A stretch of DNA of 32,000 nt, taken from the NCBI GenBank assembly GCA_964410445.1, contig CAYPHB010000001.1, positions 1,866-33,865 on the forward strand, in the 5' to 3' direction. This document shows, one piece after another, positions 25,112-32,000 of the stretch. A model generated the notes under the pieces. That model was not told where the DNA came from, ran no database searches, and worked only from the letters and a program-made list of their open reading frames with translations. Origin of the DNA: an uncultured Oscillospiraceae bacterium. GTDB lineage: Bacteria > Bacillota > Clostridia > Saccharofermentanales > UBA5734. Both the position numbers and the translations under genes were made by a program. Positions within the stretch are counted from its first letter, which is position 1. Each line of letters begins with the position of its first letter.

Positions 25112-26596
25112 ATGCAACAATTGAATAAGTCGATTATTGAGCCTTTTGCCGGCAAAGAGCGCTTCCTCCAGTTTGGAGAAGGAAATTTCCTGCGCGGTTT
25201 TGTCGATTACTTCATTGACATTCTGAATGAGAAATACGATTACCAGTCAAAAATTGTTGTGGTGCAGCCAATCAATAACGGTCTTGCCTCAGTGATTGAT
25301 GAACAGGACGGTCTGTATACGCTGTATTTGCGCGGCATTGAGAACGGGCAAAAAGTGGAACAAAAGCGCATTATCCGCAGCATCAGCCGCTGTCTTAATC
25401 CCTATGATGAATATGAAGCCTTTCTCGAAATCGCTCACAATCCTGATTTAAGATTCATTGTTTCCAACACCACGGAGGCGGGCATTACCTATGTAGCTGC
25501 CGACCGTTACGGCGATAAACCGCCGAGCTCCTTCCCCGGCAAATTTACCCGCTTCCTGCATGAGCGTTTTCTTAGCTTCGGCAAAAAGGCGGGGAAAGGC
25601 TTTGTTATTCTTTCCTGCGAGCTGATTGAAAATAACGGTCAGGAACTGAAGAAGTGCGTTGAGCAATACATTCAAGACTGGGAGCTGGGCGACGGATTTG
25701 CCAAGTGGGTCAGTGAGGAAAATATTTTCTGCTCAACCCTGGTAGACCGCATTGTCACCGGGTACCCGCAGGCTGAAGCCGACGAACTGAATAAGCAAAA
25801 CGGCTATGTGGACCGCCTGCTTGATACGGCTGAAGTATTTGGCTTATGGGTTATTGAAGGCCCGGATTCCCTGGCTGCGGAATTGCCATTTGCCCAAGCC
25901 GGCTTGCCGGTAATTTTTACCAACGATCATTCGCCTTACAAAAAGCGCAAAGTGAGAATCCTCAACGGCGCTCATACCAGCATGATAATGGCTGCGTACC
26001 TGGCGGGCTTTGATCTTGTGCGTGATTGCCTGGAAGACGACATCGTCCGTGATTATTTGAAAAACTGCATGTTTGACGAGATCATTCCAACCTTGGATTT
26101 ACCTGCGGCTGAATTGCACGCATTCGCCAATGCGGTAATCGATCGTTTCCGTAATCCCTTCATAGATCACCAGCTGCTTTCTATTGCGTTGAATTCAACT
26201 TCAAAATGGCAAACCCGGATTCTGCCTTCCTTGCTGGAATACCATAGCTGTTACGGGAAACTGCCACAACGCCTGGTATTTTCACTGGCTGCCTACATCA
26301 AATTCTATACCGGTCAGCGCAAACCAAACGGCAGTTTTGTGGGCACAAGAAACATAAGGAGCGGTGAGGAAACCATTGCAGAATCCTACGAAATTAAAGA
26401 TGACGCTGTTGTGCTGGAATTCTTCGAACAAGCCAAAAAATACGACAACAATACACTAGCGACAAAGGTCCTGGCTAATAAAGACTTTTGGCAGGAAGAC
26501 CTTACCAATATTGAGGGCTTGCTGGCACAGGTAGTTGCCGACTTGAACCTGATTGACAAAAGCGGAATGTATGAAGCCTTGAAGGTTATGCGCTGA
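25112..26596 (+). CDS. uxaB: Tagaturonate reductase (altronate oxidoreductase)
   Basis: The LQFGEGNFLRGF N-terminal motif and roughly 494-aa length are typical of UxaB. ATG 25112 is preferred over 25106 because GGAGG at 25101-25105 directly abuts 25106. Confidence 0.8.
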   Translation: MQQLNKSIIEPFAGKERFLQFGEGNFLRGFVDYFIDILNEKYDYQSKIVVVQPINNGLASVIDEQDGLYTLYLRGIENGQKVEQKRIIRSISRCLNPYDEYEAFLEIAHNPDLRFIVSNTTEAGITYVAADRYGDKPPSSFPGKFTRFLHERFLSFGKKAGKGFVILSCELIENNGQELKKCVEQYIQDWELGDGFAKWVSEENIFCSTLVDRIVTGYPQAEADELNKQNGYVDRLLDTAEVFGLWVIEGPDSLAAELPFAQAGLPVIFTNDHSPYKKRKVRILNGAHTSMIMAAYLAGFDLVRDCLEDDIVRDYLKNCMFDEIIPTLDLPAAELHAFANAVIDRFRNPFIDHQLLSIALNSTSKWQTRILPSLLEYHSCYGKLPQRLVFSLAAYIKFYTGQRKPNGSFVGTRNIRSGEETIAESYEIKDDAVVLEFFEQAKKYDNNTLATKVLANKDFWQEDLTNIEGLLAQVVADLNLIDKSGMYEALKVMR

Positions 26597-26628
26597 TATA
26601 TGAAGCCTTGAGGGGTTATTCGCTGATA
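26570..26628. repeat. Near-tandem 29/30-nt duplication spanning the stop codons of convergent uxaB and alaX
   Basis: TATGAAGCCTTGAAGGTTATGCGCTGATA (26570-26598) is followed by TATGAAGCCTTGAGGGGTTATTCGCTGATA (26599-26628). Shared blocks are TATGAAGCCTTGA, GG, TTAT and CGCTGATA. Confidence 0.9.
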
Positions 26629-27905
26629 AAGGTTTCCAGCTCAGTGCGCGAGCCGGTGAGTGTGCCCTGAGCAAGGCGCTCATTGCCGCCGCCGCTGCCA
26701 TTGAAGGCTGCATTCAATTTTTTGCTAAAGACCCGCATATCGGCAACGCTGCTGCCGACACAGTAACGCCAGCGTGTTTCAGTTGCCTGCGATTCGGTTG
26801 CGCCGGCTGCCTTTTCTGAACTTTGCGAAACTTCCGCGAAGACCGCAACCACATCTGACCGGTCTTTAATTAAGCGAAGACAAAACTGACGCAGGTCGTC
26901 CGGCGTTGCATCTTCTTCGAATAAGCAAAGCGGACCAGTAAGTTCAGCAGCGGCTTGGGCTTTGTATTCAATCAGAGCCCGGTGCAGCCTGGTTGCTCTT
27001 GCTTTATGTGTGGCTGCTTCAGCCTTTAGCCTCTCTACGCCTAAACCCAGTTCCGTGCTTTTCACCGAGAGCTGGCTGGAGATCAGGTTAGCCTGCTCAT
27101 TTTTAAGCCGGTAATCTTCCAACGCCCGGCTGCCGCAGGCAATGCTGATTCTGACGCCGCCCTTATAATTCTGGCTTGAGATAATCTTAATCAGCCCTAT
27201 CTCACCTGTTGCTCGTACATGAAGCCCGCAGCAGGCACAATTATCAGCATCCTCGATTGAAACAACGCGAACGTCTTCGCCCAATTCGATTTTACTTCTG
27301 TATTCCAAAGGAGCTTGCCCATTGGCAGCTTGCTCTTTTGTAGTTTGGCCGATACTGCCGGGGTAACGAACTGTCACAGGCCGGTTTGCAAAAACCACTT
27401 GATTAGCCAGGGTTTCCACCTGTAGCAAATCAGCGGCAGTCAGCTTGCAGTTAAAATCCATTGTTGTTTCGTTGCTGCCAATATGAAAGCCAACGTTGTC
27501 ACACTTGTGAGCAGCGCAAATAAACCCGGAAAGAATGTGCTCGCCGGAATGTTGTTGCATGAAAACAAAGCGGCGCTGCCAGTCGATCTGTCCTTTAACT
27601 TCAGAACCGACAAGAAGCGGCCGGTCGGTTATGTGAACCACCCGGTCGTCCTGTTCCCGGACATCGAAAACCCGGGCTTCAGCCAGCCAGCCTGTGTCAG
27701 CCGGCTGACCGCCCCCTTCGGGGTAGAATGCGGTTTGGCTCAATTCGATTAAATATTTTGAACCAGCGTCACCTTTGCCAGTTTCCTCGTTCCCAGTTTC
27801 GGCTTCGGCTTCAATATCAGCTTCAGATTGCCAGCAGGCGGTAACTATTGCTGTAAACTTTTCCAGATAGGCGTCTTTATAATAAAGTCTGTCAAAACGG
27901 CTCAT
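26616..27905 (-). CDS. alaX: AlaX-L type alanyl-tRNA editing protein (tRNA_SAD editing domain + DHHA1-like C-terminal domain)
   Basis: Zinc motifs HSGEHILSG (HxxxH) and CCGLH (CxxxH) are present. A coiled linker follows, then a C-terminal GSGGGN...AQG motif like the AlaRS C-Ala/DHHA1 domain. Confidence 0.8.
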   Translation of the reverse strand: MSRFDRLYYKDAYLEKFTAIVTACWQSEADIEAEAETGNEETGKGDAGSKYLIELSQTAFYPEGGGQPADTGWLAEARVFDVREQDDRVVHITDRPLLVGSEVKGQIDWQRRFVFMQQHSGEHILSGFICAAHKCDNVGFHIGSNETTMDFNCKLTAADLLQVETLANQVVFANRPVTVRYPGSIGQTTKEQAANGQAPLEYRSKIELGEDVRVVSIEDADNCACCGLHVRATGEIGLIKIISSQNYKGGVRISIACGSRALEDYRLKNEQANLISSQLSVKSTELGLGVERLKAEAATHKARATRLHRALIEYKAQAAAELTGPLCLFEEDATPDDLRQFCLRLIKDRSDVVAVFAEVSQSSEKAAGATESQATETRWRYCVGSSVADMRVFSKKLNAAFNGSGGGNERLAQGTLTGSRTELETFISE

Positions 27906-27938
27906 GTTGTTGCTCTTATCCTTACGTTTGCAAAATCT

Positions 27939-28661
27939 TCAATCCGCTGTTTTATTTCCCGGTTCTGCAGGGCATTCAGCATCAGGCTCGATTGCGGTAA
28001 ATCTTGCCTGGACATGACGGGCATCGCAAAAAGGCTTGTTGTCGGATGCACCGCAACGGCACAGAGTTACCCGATTGCGCACTTCATAAACTTCACCATC
28101 GGCGGATTCAATTGGAATGCGCCCCTGAACATAAATTGGTCCGCAAACATCCTCAGAAGGATCCTGAAGGATAGAAATAGTCTGATCCAACTCTGGCTCC
28201 AGTTCGTTACCTTCTTTATCATAGGCTGTCAGCCGGCCTGCCGGACATTCCTGTACGCATCTGAGCGCAGCCGCGTCATCCTCGCGTCCCTGCGGATTGC
28301 GGATCAAACGGCCTACCTGACCCCGGTCACTATGGCAGAAGCGGGCGAAGGCGCAACGGTCATCATCACGCACATTTATGTTTTCGCCGTTAATACAATG
28401 TGAGCGTTCCAGATAGGGCTTACGGCTGGCGGTCTCGGTGCCGTCGAAATTTATTGCGGTATGAGTTCCGTCACAAAAGGGCGCATTGCGGGATTTACCG
28501 CAACGACATAGCGAGTAGGTGCTGGCCTGAGGCAGTACCCGCCCCTCGGTAAAAACAACCTCTGACTTGCCTTGGGGAGTAATGATCTTTTCATTGATAG
28601 GAACAGAGCCTGAGACTATATAAGGTCCATTCTTGAGAATTCTAATTTTTCTTTCTGCCAT
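27939..28661 (-). CDS. Iron-sulfur protein with two CDGSH-type [2Fe-2S] motifs flanking a Cys-rich central (mono-cluster ferredoxin-like) segment
   Basis: CRCGKSRNAPFCDGTH and CRCGASDNKPFCDARH are present, with a central CAFARFCHS...CVQECPAG segment. Start 28661 (MAERKIRIL) follows AAGGAG with a 9-nt spacer. Confidence 0.8.
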   Translation of the reverse strand: MAERKIRILKNGPYIVSGSVPINEKIITPQGKSEVVFTEGRVLPQASTYSLCRCGKSRNAPFCDGTHTAINFDGTETASRKPYLERSHCINGENINVRDDDRCAFARFCHSDRGQVGRLIRNPQGREDDAAALRCVQECPAGRLTAYDKEGNELEPELDQTISILQDPSEDVCGPIYVQGRIPIESADGEVYEVRNRVTLCRCGASDNKPFCDARHVQARFTAIEPDAECPAEPGNKTAD

Positions 28662-28730
28662 GCAGAAGACCTCCTTGCCGGAATGAATGTTCACTTTGTT
28701 ATTAAGCAATTATATCATTTATGGCCAAGG

Positions 28731-28760
28731 TTGCCGTGGACAGGCTGAATAGCTTAAAAT
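28731..28760 (+). promoter_or_regulatory. Candidate promoter for fbp
   Basis: TTGCCG (28731-28736), an 18-nt spacer, then TAAAAT (28755-28760). Confidence 0.3.
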
Positions 28761-28864
28761 TACATGGGTGTTATTATGCGCAGCCTGTTCTACAAACAGG
28801 GGGTTGCACTCCCCCCTGCTGGAACAGATATTTTGCTGAATGCATTAGTAAGAAGGAGATCTGA

Positions 28865-30808
28865 ATGCCTGACCGACATTATCTGAAATTACTGGCGCGT
28901 GATTATCCAACCAGCCAGGCTGCTGCCGCGGAAATTGTCCGCCTTAACGCTTTGATGAGCCTGCCAAAGGGAACAGAATACTTTTTCAGTGACCTGCATG
29001 GTGAACATGAAGCCTTCATTCATCTACTGCGCAGCGCTTCAGGGTTTATCCGGCGCAAAGTAGACGATTTATTTGATAAAACTGTCTCCCGGGCAGAACG
29101 CATTGCCTTGTCCAACCTGATTTATTACCCGGAGGAAGAACTGGCGCGGCTTGAAGTAGAAAATCCCGACATGCTGGATTGGTGCCGTGTTACAATAACC
29201 CGGCTTTTGGAAGTTACCCGCGCGGTTTCGGCCAAATATACCCGGCAACAAGTTCGCAAAAAACTGACAACAGGGTTCAGCGTAATTCTGGATGAGCTTT
29301 TGCATGTGGATACAGCAACTAAACCAATGTATTTTGATGCCGCGGTGCAGTCATTGCTGGCCACAAAAATGATGGACGAATTCATTACCAGTCTATGCCG
29401 GTTGATCCAGAAACTTGCTATCGACAAGCTGCATATTATCGGTGACATCTTTGACCGTGGCCCGCGGGCTGACCTGATTATGAATGAACTGATCGAGTTT
29501 AAGGATGTTGATATTCAGTGGGGCAACCACGACATTCTCTGGATGGGCGCGGCTGCAGGCAACCGGGCGTGTATAGCCAATGTAATGCGACAGGGGATAA
29601 GCTACAACAACTTTGATTTGCTGGAAGACGGATACGGCATTAATTTGCGTTCTCTGGCAGTGTTTGCCACCAACATATACGCCAATGATGCCTGCAGTTT
29701 ATATCAGCCGAAAATGCTGGATGAAAACAAGTATGACCCGGTTGACCCACAACTGGCTGCCCGCATGAACAAGGCAATTACTGTCATTCAATTCAAGGTG
29801 GAGGGACAGCTGCTGGCAGCTCATCCCGAATATGATATGGCTGACCGGCGGCTATTTGAAAAAGCCGATTTCAGAAACGGAACCATTGAGCTGGACGGCC
29901 GGGTTCATCAATTGAACGACACATATTTTCCGACAGTGGACCCTGAAAATCCTTTGGCGTTAACGCCTGACGAAGAAGAATTGATCAACACCCTCTCAGC
30001 CTCGTTCCGCCACAGCGAGAAGCTTCAGCGACACGTAAGTTTTTTATACGCTGAAGGTGGAATGTACAAATGCTTTAATAATAATCTGCTTTATCACGGC
30101 TGCATTCCCCTGACCGCAAACGGTGATTTTGAAGAAGTTGATCTTGACGGCGAGTTGTATTCGGGAAAAGCACTGCTTGATGAAATTGAAAAGCGAGTCA
30201 GGAACGCCCATTTTTCACCACCGCATTCACAAGCCCTCTACAAAGCGCGTGATTTTCTTTGGTATTTATGGTGCGGACCTCATTCGCCGTTGTTCGGAAA
30301 GTCGCGCATGGCAACATTTGAACGTCTGCTCCTGACTGATAAAGAGTTGCATAAGGAAACCATGAATCCTTATTACGATTTGCAGTCACAACGCGAAATC
30401 TGCGAGCAAATTTTACGGGAATTCGGGCTGAAACCGGAAAACGCCCACATCATCAACGGGCATATGCCTGTGCGGATCAAAGCAGGTGAAAGCCCCATCA
30501 AAGGCGACGGCCTGCTGTATGTAATCGATGGCGGTATTTCCAAAGCCTACCAAAAGACGACGGGCATTGCGGGTTACACCTTGATTTACAACTCGCGTTA
30601 TCTGGCACTGGCTGAGCATCAGCCCTTCAGCATGGATGCCGAGCAGCGTCCGACCGACCTTTCACCACAAGTCCGGATAACAGAAAACATGCCGCAACGT
30701 GTTACTGTTGCAGATACAGACGAAGGCCGTCGGCTGACGCGTCAAATTTCGGAATTGCAGGAGTTGATGGCGGCGTATCGCACCGGCTTGCTTAAGGAAA
30801 AAATTTGA
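28865..30808 (+). CDS. fbp: Fructose-1,6-bisphosphatase class 3
   Basis: 647 aa. The N-terminus YLKLLARDYPT...FSDLHGEHEAF and IIGDIFDRGP, WGNHD, INGHMPV metallophosphoesterase motifs are typical of Firmicutes class-3 FBPase. AAGGAG RBS is present. Confidence 0.9.
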   Translation: MPDRHYLKLLARDYPTSQAAAAEIVRLNALMSLPKGTEYFFSDLHGEHEAFIHLLRSASGFIRRKVDDLFDKTVSRAERIALSNLIYYPEEELARLEVENPDMLDWCRVTITRLLEVTRAVSAKYTRQQVRKKLTTGFSVILDELLHVDTATKPMYFDAAVQSLLATKMMDEFITSLCRLIQKLAIDKLHIIGDIFDRGPRADLIMNELIEFKDVDIQWGNHDILWMGAAAGNRACIANVMRQGISYNNFDLLEDGYGINLRSLAVFATNIYANDACSLYQPKMLDENKYDPVDPQLAARMNKAITVIQFKVEGQLLAAHPEYDMADRRLFEKADFRNGTIELDGRVHQLNDTYFPTVDPENPLALTPDEEELINTLSASFRHSEKLQRHVSFLYAEGGMYKCFNNNLLYHGCIPLTANGDFEEVDLDGELYSGKALLDEIEKRVRNAHFSPPHSQALYKARDFLWYLWCGPHSPLFGKSRMATFERLLLTDKELHKETMNPYYDLQSQREICEQILREFGLKPENAHIINGHMPVRIKAGESPIKGDGLLYVIDGGISKAYQKTTGIAGYTLIYNSRYLALAEHQPFSMDAEQRPTDLSPQVRITENMPQRVTVADTDEGRRLTRQISELQELMAAYRTGLLKEKI

Positions 30809-30826
30809 GCTGTCGACCGACGAATA

Positions 30827-31396
30827 TTAAAGCCATTTTTCCAGACGGATATCGTCATGCCAGACGCCATCATGGTGAGTGAAATCAGGCAGGGTGCCGA
30901 TTTCCTTAAAACCCATTTTAAAATAAAGGTGCAGTGCCCGTTTATTAAAGTCAAAAACCCCCAGCTCGATGCGCTGGCAGCCCAGCTCCCGGGCTTGCTG
31001 TTCCAGAAAACACATTGCTCTGGTACCGTAGCCGCGCCCCCAGTATTTGCGCTCGCCAATTACTATGCTCACCCAGGCAGTCCCAGGCAAATCCTTTTTC
31101 AAATATTTAAAATCGGGATCAAGTGTTACCTCTCCAACTAAACTGTTGTCTTTAAAAATGAACCAAACAAGTTTTTTCTGCTCTCGGTAACTGCTTAAGA
31201 TCTGCTCGGCTGTTGGCGGGACAATTTCTGCCGCAAAACGGTTGGGGGTAAGGGTCGCACTTATTTCAGGATCCTCATACCAGGAAGCTAAAGTTTTAAA
31301 AAGTGAAAAGTCTTCCAAATCAGCCGGACGAAATTCCAGCTCCGAACCAGCCGGAAGAACCGAATCTGAATCAGGCAGCTTTTGGCAGGGACTCAT
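30827..31396 (-). CDS. GNAT family N-acetyltransferase
   Basis: The WGRGYGTRAM acetyl-CoA P-loop-like motif and NKRALHLYFKMGF motif are present in a 189-aa protein. Confidence 0.75.
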   Translation of the reverse strand: MSPCQKLPDSDSVLPAGSELEFRPADLEDFSLFKTLASWYEDPEISATLTPNRFAAEIVPPTAEQILSSYREQKKLVWFIFKDNSLVGEVTLDPDFKYLKKDLPGTAWVSIVIGERKYWGRGYGTRAMCFLEQQARELGCQRIELGVFDFNKRALHLYFKMGFKEIGTLPDFTHHDGVWHDDIRLEKWL

Positions 31397-31414
31397 ATAT
31401 ACTCTTATATCCTT

Positions 31415-31452
31415 TCGTTCCTATCATCCATGGTCGTTCCTATCATCCATGG
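31415..31452. repeat. Perfect 19-bp tandem duplication (TCGTTCCTATCATCCATGG)x2, starting 19 nt upstream of the GNAT start codon
   Basis: Units at 31415-31433 and 31434-31452 are identical. Confidence 0.95.
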
Positions 31453-31580
31453 CATTAACGTTAAAACAGCTAAATCACCTTGATTTAATTTTTCGGGTTG
31501 TGAAAAGCCCGAAACCCTTCTGAAAAGATATTTTTCATTTTAACACAGAGACTTGATTTTGACGGATTGGGTTTTACATC

Positions 31581-31609
31581 TTTCATTTACGGCCTTCAGC
31601 GTTTATAAT
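31581..31609 (+). promoter_or_regulatory. Candidate promoter for pckG (consensus -10, weak -35)
   Basis: TATAAT lies at 31604-31609. The only -35 candidate is TTTCAT at 31581-31586 with a 17-nt spacer. Confidence 0.35.
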
Positions 31610-31620
31610 AGACTAGACGG

Positions 31621-31630
31621 AAATCGATTT
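31621..31630. promoter_or_regulatory. Perfect 10-bp palindrome AAATCGATTT just downstream of the pckG -10; candidate operator (partial cre-like core)
   Basis: The context is GGAAATCGATTTGT. The central AANCGNTT resembles the core of the cre consensus TGWAANCGNTNWCA, but the outer positions do not match. Confidence 0.25.
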
Positions 31631-31700
31631 GTCGGTATAGCTAATGACTTATAAATAATCCGTTCAAGATCCATCGCCTACACGAGAAGGGAGTTTTAAG

Positions 31701-32000
31701 ATGACACAAAACAAGAAATTGCTTGCCTGGGTTGACGAAGTTGCAGCAATGTGCCAACCTGACCAGATTTACTGGTGCGACGGCTCACAAGCAGAATACG
31801 ATCGTCTGATGCAGAAAATGGTTGACAGCGGTATGGCAGTTAAACTGAATCCGGAAAAACGTCCGAACAGCTTTTTATTCCTCAGTGATGCCTCCGACGT
31901 TGCCCGCGTCGAAAACCGTACCTTTATTGCCTCCAAAAAGAAAGAGGATGCCGGTCCCACAAACAACTGGATTGATCCTGTTGAACTTAAAGCCACAATG
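31701..32000 (+). CDS. pckG: Phosphoenolpyruvate carboxykinase (GTP), 5' part (first 100 codons; continues past the window)
   Basis: My own translation is [37 protein letters not shown]...[32 protein letters not shown], which matches GTP-PEPCK N-terminal signatures. A GAAGGGAG RBS lies at 31686-31693. It is absent from the ORF track because no stop falls inside the window. Confidence 0.85.
   Translation, partial: MTQNKKLLAWVDEVAAMCQPDQIYWCDGSQAEYDRLMQKMVDSGMAVKLNPEKRPNSFLFLSDASDVARVENRTFIASKKKEDAGPTNNWIDPVELKATM

Noticed and set aside
27828-28403. 191-aa plus-strand ORF bridging the alaX start and the CDGSH gene
   Set aside because: It overlaps two well-supported minus-strand genes and has no motifs or RBS.
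31415-31452. Two 8-codon mini-ORFs (MDDRNDHG, MDDRNERI) on the minus strand inside the 19-bp repeat
   Set aside because: No Shine-Dalgarno sequence precedes either ATG. They are too short to evaluate and most likely fortuitous.
31491-31514. Hairpin TTTCGGG...CCCGAAA as a terminator in the GNAT/pckG intergenic region
   Set aside because: No U-tract follows the stem on either strand, and there is no upstream gene whose transcript it would end.

Overview
The window reads as a gene-dense core-chromosome segment of an anaerobic Firmicutes-like bacterium; the taxon is a guess from class-3 FBPase, GTP-PEPCK, UxaE and Lon-like content. I found no rRNA, tRNA, CRISPR, transposase, integrase or phage genes. 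About 23 CDS are supported. In order: a HAAT/Liv-type ABC importer (livHMGF-like) followed on the same strand by three sulfur/thiol-chemistry enzymes (ATC-hydrolase-like, YhaM/CyuA-type cysteine desulfidase-like, MT2-type URO-D-fold methyltransferase); a His-rich CPH-type P1B ATPase (CopB-like); a lipoprotein OB-fold/SNase nuclease with a poly-Thr linker; an FHA-SEDS (RodA/FtsW) fusion translationally coupled to a class B PBP; a sugar-phosphate isomerase/epimerase; a Lon-like protease; hexuronate genes (uxuB-like, uxaE, uxaB) with a dhaL-dhaK pair directly upstream of uxaE; a CDF metal exporter followed 12 nt later by a CoA-disulfide/persulfide reductase-rhodanese fusion; AlaX-L downstream of a double-CDGSH Fe-S protein; class-3 FBPase; a GNAT; and the 5' end of GTP-PEPCK. 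I see no clear-cut novel system such as defence, secretion or a BGC. The best candidates for undescribed biology are unusual gene couplings: the Liv importer with the three sulfur enzymes, dhaLK-uxaE without dhaM, FHA-SEDS-bPBP, and czcD with CoADR-rhodanese. There is also a recurrent pattern of perfect or near-perfect short tandem duplications (15, 19 and about 30 bp) in regulatory or terminal regions. All functional calls rest on by-eye motif and family recognition and need HMM/BLAST confirmation.
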